From the IMG/VR virus record IMGVR_UViG_3300037423_001636, positions 13,169 through 77,168 of that record: a DNA stretch of 64,000 nt; one strand, written 5' to 3'. Of the stretch, positions 1-9,031 are shown one piece after another. The translations under genes were made by a program, and so were the position numbers. Source of the DNA: a virus. Taxonomy: Duplodnaviria; Heunggongvirae; Uroviricota; Caudoviricetes. Numbering within the stretch: position 1 is the first letter of the stretch; each line of letters begins with the position of its first letter. Under the pieces are notes generated by a model. That model worked only from the letters and a program-made list of their open reading frames with translations. It ran no database searches and had not been told where the DNA came from.

Positions 1-2
1 TC

Positions 3-158
3 TCTTTCGGGCAGCTAATCGAATCAGTGGAGAGTCTTGCGTGGGATGGCCCATTCCCTAATCGCGACTTCTCCGCTCGCCTCATGAATCTGCCGGATGA
101 ATGGCTGGAACATGCGTTGAATCTAGCGGCAAAAGGGCCGATCAAACTCTCCAAATGA
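3..158 (+). CDS. partial hypothetical protein (3' end)
   Basis: Open frame from the window edge (...NLPDEWLEHALNLAAKGPIKLSK*), TGA overlapping the next ATG. Confidence 0.55.
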   Translation, partial: SFGQLIESVESLAWDGPFPNRDFSARLMNLPDEWLEHALNLAAKGPIKLSK

Positions 159-640
159 CATTATACCACTTCTGCTCTCGGCATCACCTTGACGACATCC
201 AACGAGAAGGTATCACCTTGGGCCGGCTGGTTTGGCGCTGGGAGCGGCCGAACCCCCCGGAATACGTAGGACCATTACAATGGCTGACCCGCAATCCAGA
301 TTTCAAGGCCCAAGGTTGGTGCTCGACTGCCGAACAAGGTTCTCGCCTCCCTTACTGTCGCAACGACTATCGGCTCACAATCGAGCTGCCTGAAGAGTTG
401 CGGGAAAATGCCATCGATTGGCGCGTCTACTGTGATATGCATCACCCCCCGTTGGCTGAAACTCTCAATGCCGCGCCCGGCTGGATGGATTGGGTGATCT
501 ATGATGGAATGATCCCGATAGAGTGTGTGAAAAAGATTGACAGACACCCGGAATTCAACACGCTAGCGCAATCAAATCCGCAGGCTGCGTGGGCTCTCAA
601 ACGAAGTGCCATCGCGCGGCTGAAGACATTAATATCATGA
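155..640 (+). CDS. hypothetical protein, possible ADP-ribosyltransferase-like fold
   Basis: ATGA overlap start; N-terminal LYHFCS..HL..I..EGI pattern resembles ART-like phage proteins. Confidence 0.55.
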   Translation: MTLYHFCSRHHLDDIQREGITLGRLVWRWERPNPPEYVGPLQWLTRNPDFKAQGWCSTAEQGSRLPYCRNDYRLTIELPEELRENAIDWRVYCDMHHPPLAETLNAAPGWMDWVIYDGMIPIECVKKIDRHPEFNTLAQSNPQAAWALKRSAIARLKTLIS

Positions 641-1293
641 ACACAATCACTCCCAATACCTCATTCGTTCCTACCGTCCGCCCCATCGGCGACCGTCCGC
701 TTAGCCTCGCTGGCCACTTGCGCCGAACGGCTCACCTAATCAGTAGCGGTTCCACTACGTATGAATGGGAAAACGCCAACCGCTGCAATTGCGGCCTCTT
801 GGCTCGCTCTATCACCGGACTAACGTCCAACGATTTCGCTGCTCTGCTCATGCCACTTATCGACGATCGGAGAAATCGCGGATGGGCTCACCCGCATATG
901 TGGAAGGGGCTCGCCGCGGATTTTTGCCCACTCAATCCGGGCGTGCCCGCTCCAGAACTGTTCAAGCAGCTCGCCGCGGCCGGCATGGAACCCGAGGACT
1001 TCAATCATCTCGAAGCGTTGAGCAATCCACAGATCAAATGCCAAATCCAGCTGCGACATAAAACCGTGACATGGGACGAGAAAGTGAAAACGGGCTGGTT
1101 CCGCAGTCGCACGGAGCAGCGCAGTCGCACGGAGCCAGTTCCAATTAAGCAGAATGACTCGGCTTATGTCGCAGAATACATGACAATTTGGGCGCGGGAA
1201 ATTGAGACGTATCGCGCCGCGCACGATGCGGCCAATACACCAAGCGACGCGCAAATGGAAGCGGTAGAAAACCGCCCGCTAGTCACCACCTGA
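637..1293 (+). CDS. hypothetical protein
   Basis: ATGA-coupled ORF with RCNCGLLA motif. Confidence 0.7.
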   Translation: MNTITPNTSFVPTVRPIGDRPLSLAGHLRRTAHLISSGSTTYEWENANRCNCGLLARSITGLTSNDFAALLMPLIDDRRNRGWAHPHMWKGLAADFCPLNPGVPAPELFKQLAAAGMEPEDFNHLEALSNPQIKCQIQLRHKTVTWDEKVKTGWFRSRTEQRSRTEPVPIKQNDSAYVAEYMTIWAREIETYRAAHDAANTPSDAQMEAVENRPLVTT

Positions 1294-1294
1294 T

Positions 1295-1624
1295 ATGAGC
1301 ACACATATAACAGCCGGCGATAAGGTCTGTTGTATCGACGACGGCTGGAATCGCCAAGCCAACCCGTTGGTTCATATGCTCCTGCAATCTGTTCAGCCCG
1401 CGCCGCCGACGAAGGATCAGGTTTATTGCGTGCGAGAGGTCTACACCAATCACGTCGGCACTCCATCTCTGCGACTGGTCGGCATCATATCTCCATCGGT
1501 GCCGGTTTTTGGAGAACTTGGCTGGCGCGCAGACAATTTTCGGCGAATTTGGACGAATGATGCGGAGATTCGTGCTACCGTCGTAAAGTCTGTCCCGCAG
1601 ACGATGGATCTGAAGGACGAATGA
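1295..1624 (+). CDS. hypothetical protein
   Basis: Abutting ORF, GDKVCCIDD. Confidence 0.7.
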   Translation: MSTHITAGDKVCCIDDGWNRQANPLVHMLLQSVQPAPPTKDQVYCVREVYTNHVGTPSLRLVGIISPSVPVFGELGWRADNFRRIWTNDAEIRATVVKSVPQTMDLKDE

Positions 1625-1851
1625 CGAAAACCGACCAGTTCGTTCGTACTCTACTGCTCAATGGGTTCCGTCCATATCGGCAAGGTAGAAAACGCGCGTT
1701 CGAGAAAAATGGGGACCGTATTCATACTAGCTTCACACTCCTCGGGGCTGGGTGGGTGCACGTCTACCAGCGGGAATATCCGTGTTCGGAAGGCTGGTCC
1801 ATCTACAACTGCCGCGTTAGCAAAGCGCAAGAGCTGATTAGGTGGTGCTGA
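1621..1851 (+). CDS. hypothetical protein
   Basis: ATGA-coupled ORF. Confidence 0.6.
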   Translation: MTKTDQFVRTLLLNGFRPYRQGRKRAFEKNGDRIHTSFTLLGAGWVHVYQREYPCSEGWSIYNCRVSKAQELIRWC

Positions 1852-2237
1852 TGCTTATGGACACTCCTCCAGACTGGGCTTATCGTGCCGCAGAAGAGAT
1901 TGTCTTCACCGGCACAGCAGACGATGACTATGCCGCTTCGATCATCGCTAGAGAGTGGCAGAAAGACACCCAAACAATCCGATGTGTTTTCTGCGGCATG
2001 GCATATCCACCCGGCACACCCGCTAGCCAACACGAATCCCTCAATGCTCACATTCGCATCTGCGAAAAACATCCTTTGAGAGCGGCCGAAGCTCGAATCA
2101 CGGCGCTGGAGAAAACGCTCAAGACTCTGCGCGACAACCCGTCTATGTGGAAGCGTGGCGGCGCTGGCGGCCAAGATCAGTATGCGGGCATGCCGCCGGG
2201 AATGCGGCTGATAGATGAGACTTTGAGGTCAAGCTAA
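1851..2237 (+). CDS. hypothetical zinc-finger-like protein
   Basis: CVFCG...HIRICEKHP motif. Confidence 0.65.
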   Translation: MLMDTPPDWAYRAAEEIVFTGTADDDYAASIIAREWQKDTQTIRCVFCGMAYPPGTPASQHESLNAHIRICEKHPLRAAEARITALEKTLKTLRDNPSMWKRGGAGGQDQYAGMPPGMRLIDETLRSS

Positions 2238-2241
2238 CTTT

Positions 2242-2457
2242 ATGAACAGTCCTGTCGCAATCTACATCGGCGGCTCTCACTGGCTCCGCAAGGGCGAGAA
2301 GGTCTTCATTCGATTCTTCAACGTAATCGGGCAAATTCCCCGCGGTTCACATCTCCCACCTTACGTCCCAGATACTACGGTCACGGCGGAAGCTCTGGCG
2401 GAAGCTGGGGTGCGCCTGCCGCCACTGGAAAGCCTGAAAGTAGGGGATTGCGTGTGA
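2242..2457 (+). CDS. hypothetical protein
   Basis: ORF in + strand gene string. Confidence 0.55.
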   Translation: MNSPVAIYIGGSHWLRKGEKVFIRFFNVIGQIPRGSHLPPYVPDTTVTAEALAEAGVRLPPLESLKVGDCV

Positions 2458-2540
2458 ATGTTTGGGCTGTGGGCTGGTTTGCCCATAATGAGCAAATCAC
2501 CCTATTGCCTCCAGCCTACTGATTCTGCTACGATTCACCC

Positions 2541-2894
2541 ATGCAACGAGCACCAACACAAGCGCAAACCACCCCGCACGCTACTTCCAACGGCTATCGC
2601 ATCCGTTTTCCAAAGGATAGTCAGTTGGCCACAATTCGCGGCTGGAACGGCAAATCATACGCCATGTCGGTTTCGATCTACGAAATCATTTCCGATGAGA
2701 CGAATTGGGGCTGCAAGATTCCCGGCTACAATGTGGGCGACAAGGTGAGGATGATTTCCGGAGTGGAGGAAAGTGAGCGTCTCGGGCATCATCCGACAAG
2801 AATGTGGCGGACTGTTTGCCGAATTGGAGCGGAGCATGCTGAGCACGTGGGGTTTCCCGTGACGGCACTGCGTCTGGTGAATGGGGGTGCGTGA
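2541..2894 (+). CDS. hypothetical protein
   Basis: ORF in gene string. Confidence 0.6.
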   Translation: MQRAPTQAQTTPHATSNGYRIRFPKDSQLATIRGWNGKSYAMSVSIYEIISDETNWGCKIPGYNVGDKVRMISGVEESERLGHHPTRMWRTVCRIGAEHAEHVGFPVTALRLVNGGA

Positions 2895-3421
2895 TGGCTG
2901 GCGGGGGCAATCAGACCACCTACGACGAGGGCACGCGCCGAGACGCTGAAGAAGTGCGCCGATTTGCGGCCCACATGGGCGTCGAACTCCCCGAACGCTT
3001 TGACGGCGACATGCACCCGGCCGCGCAGTGTATGAATGGGGCTCTGATGGATATCATTCAGCTGACGAATGCCCTTAGGAATATCGCGTTGACGCTGGGC
3101 GTAGATGACTACGAAAAGGCGCGAATGGTGGTTGAATCGGCTTTGGCCAGTCCATCAATCCTTCAACCTGCCGAAGCAGGCAATCTCTCCGTGAATACGC
3201 CCACAAATTCCTCTTCACTCGGCATCACTATCCCGGACAACGATCCCCGACCCCAGAAGCACGGCGGCCTGCGGCCAATCAAAGGATTGAAGCCCCGCTG
3301 CATAGACCCTTCCCATGAGCCACCCACACACATAGTGATCCCGCCCGGCTATGAATACGAGCATGTGTGTCCGAGCTGTGGATTTACGATCGTTCTGTGG
3401 GGGCACGATGTCACCTTGTAA
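2894..3421 (+). CDS. hypothetical protein with C-terminal CPSCG
   Basis: TGATG-coupled ORF. Confidence 0.6.
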   Translation: MAGGGNQTTYDEGTRRDAEEVRRFAAHMGVELPERFDGDMHPAAQCMNGALMDIIQLTNALRNIALTLGVDDYEKARMVVESALASPSILQPAEAGNLSVNTPTNSSSLGITIPDNDPRPQKHGGLRPIKGLKPRCIDPSHEPPTHIVIPPGYEYEHVCPSCGFTIVLWGHDVTL

Positions 3422-3443
3422 GGCTTGATTTCTGTTTTTTTAC

Positions 3444-3580
3444 GCTCTTGTATCACAAAACGGTCTAGGGGAATCTGTTCCGGCCGGATGGTCCTCCCTG
3501 AGCAGTCCACTGCTGCGTATAGTGGGGCGCGTGACCAGCGCAGTGATTTCGCAAGGTTCGAGCCCTCGCCAAGAGCACCA
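3444..3580 (+). tRNA. tRNA-Arg(CCG)-like RNA with about 60-nt expanded variable arm
   Basis: Acceptor GCTCTTG/CAAGAGC+ACCA; anticodon arm ATCTG-TTCCGGC-CGGAT; T-loop GGTTCGAGCCC; weak D-stem. Confidence 0.65.
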
Positions 3581-3689
3581 ATTTCTTTAACATTCTCTCT
3601 TGACTGGCGACACAATCTGTGCTCTATTCGCCTCCAACAGGTAGGCGCATGACCGTTCCGCCACTCAAACTAGATTCAGCTCTTTTACA

Positions 3690-3944
3690 GGAGTAAGTTT
3701 CAACTGTATTGCATAAGCGATACCGTTGGAGCGAAGCTCCAACAACAATTCCAGCCTTTGATCCGTGCGAAAAATCTGTGGTCGTAGCCCAGTACCGCAC
3801 GGGGAGGCTTACGAATGGACGGCGGTAGCGAATTGACCTTTCTATGGGCTAAACGACAGGTCAATAGGGAGCCGCACTGGAGAGTAGCACCATCCCAGTT
3901 TCTGACCACACATACGCCCGTGGCACGTCCAATCACTTTTTTTT
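3690..3944 (+). ncRNA. large structured non-coding RNA (unassigned)
   Basis: Many perfect helices plus loop-loop complementarity 3781-3791/3845-3857; ends in T8; 5' end uncertain. Confidence 0.6.
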
Positions 3945-3965
3945 GCCGCCCTCGGGTGCGAAAGC

Positions 3966-4051
3966 GAGCGGTGGGGGAATACGAGCGTCGGGAGAACCGA
4001 CGACGAGGCGCGACTGTGTGCCTGTTTCGAACACTCTCACCGCTCTTTTTT
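3966..4051 (+). ncRNA. structured RNA closed by a 12-bp helix and U-tract
   Basis: GAGCGGTGGGGG/CTCTCACCGCTC with inner CGTCGG/CCGACG hairpin, then T6. Confidence 0.45.
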
Positions 4052-4087
4052 GACAAATCCATTTCCTCCAGTCATGGTTGACCTACA

Positions 4088-4175
4088 GGCTCTTCAAGGA
4101 CCGTTTGTGACTAAACGGTCTCTGGCAAGCTGGACCGGAGCCGTCCTCACACGAGGACCAGCCATGGCTGGGGGA
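4088..4175 (+). ncRNA. small multi-hairpin RNA downstream of TTGACA (4050)
   Basis: GACCGTTT/AAACGGTC, GTCCTC/GAGGAC and CCAGC/GCTGG hairpins. Confidence 0.4.
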
Positions 4176-4188
4176 TTTCTTTGCGGTA

Positions 4189-4233
4189 TAGGGAAAACTC
4201 CCCATTGACGAGCCTCTGCTAGTCTGGTAGAGT
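4189..4233 (+). promoter_or_regulatory. palindrome + promoter element 1
   Basis: TAGGG-N6-CCCCA TTGACG N17 TAGAGT. Confidence 0.8.
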
Positions 4234-4242
4234 GTGCGTCTT

Positions 4243-4716
4243 ATGAATCCAGCCGCCTACATTCCGCTCACCCAATGCGTCAAGGGCAAAATCTATCGGC
4301 TTAATAGCCGCAATCTGGAGATCGGCGTGTATGACGGCAAAGAGGGATTCATCGGAATCCGGGAGAAGTTCGGCCGTTTCTATCTCTTCACGGAATATCA
4401 CCACGATCAGGGGCCGTCGGTTGGCACGGTCTATCCACTGGAGGTTATTGGCGAATTGCCAGCGACAATTGCCGTCAACGATAGAGAGATCCACGCATGG
4501 GGTGACGGTTGGTTCTGGGATATGGAGCTAGAAATCTGGAAGCCCATAGCTCGCCGCGATCTGAAAGAGGGTGAGGCTCAGCATGGAACGCGACAGGGAT
4601 TTGTGGACGAATTTGCCGGAACCAACACTCGGCTTGGCGACAATCAGTGGCCCTGTTTGCGCCGAAACGAGGCGCTATTCGACTACCTCAAAACGCTGGA
4701 GGCGCTTGGAGAATGA
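4243..4716 (+). CDS. hypothetical protein
   Basis: ATG 9 nt after -10; SRNL..GVYDG..GFIGIREKFG. Confidence 0.7.
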   Translation: MNPAAYIPLTQCVKGKIYRLNSRNLEIGVYDGKEGFIGIREKFGRFYLFTEYHHDQGPSVGTVYPLEVIGELPATIAVNDREIHAWGDGWFWDMELEIWKPIARRDLKEGEAQHGTRQGFVDEFAGTNTRLGDNQWPCLRRNEALFDYLKTLEALGE

Positions 4717-5675
4717 GTGAGCCCGCCACCAAGACCATCTGTATCGAGCGTCCTTCTTTCCTATCTCAAATGAGCCGGGAAACGAACTATCGCTACGAAG
4801 ACTTCGATATCTCCAAAGCCTCGCCACACATCCTCCGGGAGACGGTCCGCCATTGTCAGGAAGAATCTCTCGGCGGCCCCACCGCAATTGGGAACTACTT
4901 GAAGGCATCGCAGTGTCTGGACGGAGCTATTCTAGCCGTGGACCAGCGAGTGTCCCGAGACCTCGAAATCTCAACGGTAGCGGGCGATTTATCTCGACTC
5001 GCATTCCCGGCGGCCCAAATGGAGGTGCGATTCGCCGATCCTGATTTGCCCGCCATCCTGCTATGTCGAATCGACAACACTTCCGTGATTCACAAGGGAA
5101 TGAAGATGGAGGACGGAATGACTTTAGCGAACAAGGGAATCCTGTTCAGCGCCGACACGAAAAGCGGAGCCACTCTTACTCTTGCCCTCCCCGACACTCT
5201 GTGGCCGCAATATGTGAGCGGGCAATGGAGCGAGGACATGCGGCCAAAAATCTCTCAGGATATGGTCATGGAGGATGAAGAAGCGGCATGCATGAAATAT
5301 CTCGCGCTGCTCGCGGTAAAAGTGCTCGCTTACGCCAGCTGCTCTCACCTTGCGCCGACTCTGGTGACGACGAAAGCAGAGAAGAAAGCGGCGGGGATTC
5401 ATCCGAAGCACGTATTGCCACATCAGAAGACGTTTGTGGTGCGTTACTTGCCCCATGTGATTCGAGAAAAGCCGGAAATCGCCGAAGCACATGAGCCATC
5501 AGGTAAAACGCGCCGCTTCATGGGTCGCGCCGGCCGGGTCGTGTTCTATGAGCATGAGAGGTATACCCGAATGAGAGGGGTTTGGCAGTGGCAAGCGCCG
5601 ATTGCTCCCCCCGACGGCGTTCGCATCATTTACCGCGTGCGGAAAGCAGCGGGCACTCCAGTTAACCATCCATGA
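4713..5675 (+). CDS. hypothetical protein (320 aa)
   Basis: Long ATGA-coupled ORF. Confidence 0.75.
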   Translation: MSEPATKTICIERPSFLSQMSRETNYRYEDFDISKASPHILRETVRHCQEESLGGPTAIGNYLKASQCLDGAILAVDQRVSRDLEISTVAGDLSRLAFPAAQMEVRFADPDLPAILLCRIDNTSVIHKGMKMEDGMTLANKGILFSADTKSGATLTLALPDTLWPQYVSGQWSEDMRPKISQDMVMEDEEAACMKYLALLAVKVLAYASCSHLAPTLVTTKAEKKAAGIHPKHVLPHQKTFVVRYLPHVIREKPEIAEAHEPSGKTRRFMGRAGRVVFYEHERYTRMRGVWQWQAPIAPPDGVRIIYRVRKAAGTPVNHP

Positions 5676-5887
5676 TCATAGACGACAATATCCCTCCACT
5701 CCTTGTCACTCAGCTCAGACTCGACGTTCAGGCCGCCGATGACGCTATCATCAGAATGGAGCAGGCTGTCCATCCGAATCATTTCAACCGCGTGGAAGAG
5801 CTGCGAACGGTGCGGATTCTCTTGGCCGGCGTGCTGCACAGACTGGAGAAGGACATCGTGGCGTCTGCTGACCCGAAGGCAGAATAG
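5672..5887 (+). CDS. hypothetical protein
   Basis: ATGA-coupled; stop codon is the first triplet of the next element. Confidence 0.6.
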   Translation: MIIDDNIPPLLVTQLRLDVQAADDAIIRMEQAVHPNHFNRVEELRTVRILLAGVLHRLEKDIVASADPKAE

Positions 5888-5930
5888 GGAGTTGTCCTCA
5901 TTGTGCTTTCGCCCCGCACTCTGCTATAGT
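5885..5930 (+). promoter_or_regulatory. palindrome + promoter element 2
   Basis: TAGGG-N6-CCTCA TTGTGC N18 TATAGT. Confidence 0.8.
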
Positions 5931-5939
5931 TTTACCGCT

Positions 5940-6302
5940 ATGACAACGATATTCAACCCAGAGAAAAAAGATAAGCTCACTTACGGCGAATGTCTCGGCC
6001 CCGCCATGAAGATCACTGACCCGGCTGATGCGACGCAGTATCTCAAAGCATATGCATTCATTCAGGTCGCGTTGGATCGTGGCGAAGGCAATAGGGGCGG
6101 CAAGACCGCGGAACAAATTGCCAAGAGCAATCTGGGCTACTATGCTGGCTATTACGACAACGAGACTCGTGAGCGCGTTGAAAGACTGTTCAATTGCAAT
6201 CATCCGATCTTTGGGGCAATCGCGGAGAAAGCGCCGCCAACTCCAGAAGAGGCGTTTGAAATGGGGCGGAAAATGGGCGCGGCGAGGAAGCGGTCACGCT
6301 GA
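5940..6302 (+). CDS. hypothetical protein
   Basis: ATG 9 nt after -10; SNLGYYAGYY motif. Confidence 0.7.
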   Translation: MTTIFNPEKKDKLTYGECLGPAMKITDPADATQYLKAYAFIQVALDRGEGNRGGKTAEQIAKSNLGYYAGYYDNETRERVERLFNCNHPIFGAIAEKAPPTPEEAFEMGRKMGAARKRSR

Positions 6303-6344
6303 GGTATCTCCCTTATTGTGTTTGTCCCTCAATTCTGCTACATT
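6300..6344 (+). promoter_or_regulatory. palindrome + promoter element 3
   Basis: TGAGG-N6-CCTTA TTGTGT N17 TACATT. Confidence 0.8.
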
Positions 6345-6353
6345 CACACCACC

Positions 6354-7046
6354 ATGCCAAATCACGTATACTCCACCCTCCGTATCCGCGGCCCGCAAGC
6401 CGACATCGCTCGTCTCATCAAGACCGCTACCGTCAAAGCAGAAAAACACGGCAAGATGGAAAAGTTCATCAAATTCGACCGCCTGTTTCCGTGCCCCTGT
6501 GAGCTGTTTGAAGTTACTTCCCCAGTTCGAATCGTGTCTGAAGAAGAGTTCCAAAAGCAAAAGACTGAACTGGCCGAGCGTAAAGCCCGGATCGCGGCGG
6601 GGGAAGAGAAAGAGTCGCTGTTTGGCATGTCACTTTCCATCTCTTCGTCATATCAAAAGGAACTGATCCGCCGTTTCGGTGTGGATAATTGGTATGACTG
6701 GGCGATCAAGAACTGGGGCACCAAATGGGGTACTTATGATGTCGCTCAGAGGGAATCCAAGACGGGCGAAGCCAATTTCTCCTTTCAAACCGCTTGGAGT
6801 CCCGCGGAGGGATTGTGGATCAAGGTTAGTGCCGATTTCCCCACACTGGAATTCTTCACTGAGTTCGCAGATGAAGGTGGCGGCTTTGTCGGCACACAGA
6901 CGTTCAAGGAGGGCGAAAAGAGCGAGGACAGCGATCCTGATTGGAGTTCTCCGGAAGGCATCCAAATCCGCAAGAATGTCGGCCAATGGAGCGACGAGGA
7001 AGAGGATGAAGACGAAGAGTCTGAAACCAAGGACGCCAATGTTTAG
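6354..7046 (+). CDS. DUF1281/YubB (Api92-like) ferredoxin-like fold protein
   Basis: MPNH.., WYDW...NWGTKW, F.TAWSP, DEGGGFVG motifs. Confidence 0.8.
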   Translation: MPNHVYSTLRIRGPQADIARLIKTATVKAEKHGKMEKFIKFDRLFPCPCELFEVTSPVRIVSEEEFQKQKTELAERKARIAAGEEKESLFGMSLSISSSYQKELIRRFGVDNWYDWAIKNWGTKWGTYDVAQRESKTGEANFSFQTAWSPAEGLWIKVSADFPTLEFFTEFADEGGGFVGTQTFKEGEKSEDSDPDWSSPEGIQIRKNVGQWSDEEEDEDEESETKDANV

Positions 7047-7251
7047 TGTCCGTCAAAAACGCGAAATCTCTGAAGCTGTTCAACGCATCCTTAGAGAGAC
7101 GAATCATCCTGAGCTGCCAAAAGGCCGCGAAATCGAATTCACTCTACACGTGAAGGGTATAGAGGGTTGGAGTTGGGCGGACATTAGGAACAATGGGAGC
7201 GTGGAGAATCCCGTCGTCAATCCTTGGAATGAAATACAGGACAAACAGTGA
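7039..7251 (+). CDS. hypothetical protein
   Basis: MFSVRQKREIS..HPELP..WSWADI. Confidence 0.65.
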   Translation: MFSVRQKREISEAVQRILRETNHPELPKGREIEFTLHVKGIEGWSWADIRNNGSVENPVVNPWNEIQDKQ

Positions 7252-7421
7252 GTCTTTTGCTTTTAAAACTGATCATTTTAACCGTCTGTGCTTTCTTCGC
7301 TGGCGAATCGGTTAGTGAATGCAAAACAAACCGGAAACAGCTTTGGTATGTTCTGCTGCTGTTTATCAGTTTGAGCATTGTATTTATCTCAATCTTGGGC
7401 GACAAGGCGGTGAAACCATGA
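7248..7421 (+). CDS. small membrane protein
   Basis: GTGA/ATGA-coupled 57-aa ORF with two hydrophobic segments (absent from ORF track). Confidence 0.5.
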   Translation: MSLLLLKLIILTVCAFFAGESVSECKTNRKQLWYVLLLFISLSIVFISILGDKAVKP

Positions 7422-7981
7422 AGTTGTCATTAAACAGTATAGTCACCGTCACTCTCACTGACTATGGGTGGGAGCTGGTCCGCGCTCACTACGAGAACCT
7501 AGCGTTGCCAGATCAAGTCTGTCCTGAACGCCCCGCCGATAACAAATGGACGACAGAACTGTGGCATGTCATGCGGATTGTGGGGCCACATCTCCACATC
7601 GCAATGCCGGACGACAAGAATCCTATGGTTGGAGTGGAGCTGGATATTGCGCGGAATGAAGTGGAGGTTGAGGAAAACCTGATCCTACCCACTCTCAATC
7701 CGCAGCTCGGTCTGGCCGCGCGCATCGAAGGGACTTGGCGGCGCATCATGCATGACGTATTGGGATTCAGGGACTTCTGTGAATCCACTACTCAATTCAA
7801 TTACATTGATTACAGCTATACGAAGGATTGCCCTGAAGCGTTTCGTGATGCGGGGCAGCTTCTCTGGAGCATCCTACTGGAGAAATTCGGTGGGAGCGAC
7901 AATCACGGAGAGGTCCATTGGCCGAAAGAGCCGGGGAAGATGAATACGGTGACGAGACGGAGGGAGCTGTGGGAGAAATGA
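7418..7981 (+). CDS. hypothetical protein
   Basis: ATGA-coupled; LNS.V.V.LT.YG motif. Confidence 0.65.
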   Translation: MKLSLNSIVTVTLTDYGWELVRAHYENLALPDQVCPERPADNKWTTELWHVMRIVGPHLHIAMPDDKNPMVGVELDIARNEVEVEENLILPTLNPQLGLAARIEGTWRRIMHDVLGFRDFCESTTQFNYIDYSYTKDCPEAFRDAGQLLWSILLEKFGGSDNHGEVHWPKEPGKMNTVTRRRELWEK

Positions 7982-8235
7982 GCGGCACACCATCCTTTAC
8001 CATTTCCGCAGCTCACGCTCGGAGCCTGTTAGACACGCGGGCCGAATGGTCGCGCAATCCATCCGCGAAAACAATGCCTCAGCTTTATCACCGAATCACC
8101 ACAGAAGCGGCGCAAGGTTTTAGCAATCTCATCATCAAGGACTGGCCGCTCTCTGCGGAGGACCGTGCCGAATTGATCGGGCGCGGCTACCGCCTGCATA
8201 TCGTGGAGGAGACTGTTTTAACAATTGAGTGGTAA
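7978..8235 (+). CDS. hypothetical protein
   Basis: ATGA-coupled ORF. Confidence 0.6.
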   Translation: MSGTPSFTISAAHARSLLDTRAEWSRNPSAKTMPQLYHRITTEAAQGFSNLIIKDWPLSAEDRAELIGRGYRLHIVEETVLTIEW

Positions 8236-8242
8236 ACGCCAC

Positions 8243-8671
8243 ATGAAAGCCTCAAAACCATGGCCGCGAATCAGGGTCAACGAGAAGACACTCGGCGCTC
8301 GCGTAGACCGATTCATGAAGCGCAATCCAGCCCCAAAAGACAATTGGCCATTTCTCTATCTCTACGTAGATCACGGAATGCGGTATAGCCAATATCTGGA
8401 TCGCTCCTTTTTCAGTGCCTACACTCCTGAAGGTGTGCAAGACTGTGTAGAACGTCGATTCATGAACGCAATCATGCGGGGGAAGGGTTCGAAACGGAAG
8501 CTTCGTAGAGAGATTGAGTGCAATCCACATTTACACCCACTGCTCAAGGAGAATCTGATTCTGAATCTCCGATGTTTTGGCTCCAATCCAGAATTCTATC
8601 AACATTCCCGATTCATGCCGGTTGGTCTGACTGACAAACAGAAAGCGCAGAGGATCGTGGATGGAGATTGA
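8243..8671 (+). CDS. hypothetical protein
   Basis: ORF ending in the element's TGA. Confidence 0.65.
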   Translation: MKASKPWPRIRVNEKTLGARVDRFMKRNPAPKDNWPFLYLYVDHGMRYSQYLDRSFFSAYTPEGVQDCVERRFMNAIMRGKGSKRKLRREIECNPHLHPLLKENLILNLRCFGSNPEFYQHSRFMPVGLTDKQKAQRIVDGD

Positions 8672-8713
8672 GGAAAATACCCTATATCAATCGATCGTAA
8701 AATCTGCTATACT
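8669..8713 (+). promoter_or_regulatory. palindrome + promoter element 4
   Basis: TGAGG-N6-CCCTA ... TGC TATACT. Confidence 0.8.
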
Positions 8714-8722
8714 ATACGCGTC

Positions 8723-9031
8723 ATGAAATCTACTCCTATCCCTCCACATCTATCCGTCACGCTTAGCGCCGCGCAAGGTCGCAAGCTGTTGGCCGCACTT
8801 CCTGACGCTTCGAAAGGTCTAGTCTACATCTGTATCGGTGCAAACTGCTGGGGACAAGCGTTGAACGCGAAGCTGGCCGCCGAGCGGGCGCGCTCCGAGG
8901 GTTCGGCGGGAGAATATATCATACACGCAGTCGGTAATGGAGCTGAGGTCGATCAGGTCAACGGAACACTCTATTACAACAGCAAGGTGGCCGGCACGCA
9001 GGTTGGCATCGCTCGCTTCAAACAGTCATGA
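8723..9031 (+). CDS. hypothetical protein
   Basis: Near-leaderless ATG after promoter. Confidence 0.65.
   Translation: MKSTPIPPHLSVTLSAAQGRKLLAALPDASKGLVYICIGANCWGQALNAKLAAERARSEGSAGEYIIHAVGNGAEVDQVNGTLYYNSKVAGTQVGIARFKQS

Noticed and set aside
3640-4050. tmRNA or RNase P RNA
   Set aside because: No Ala acceptor ends or tag frame, and no RNase P P4 consensus recognised
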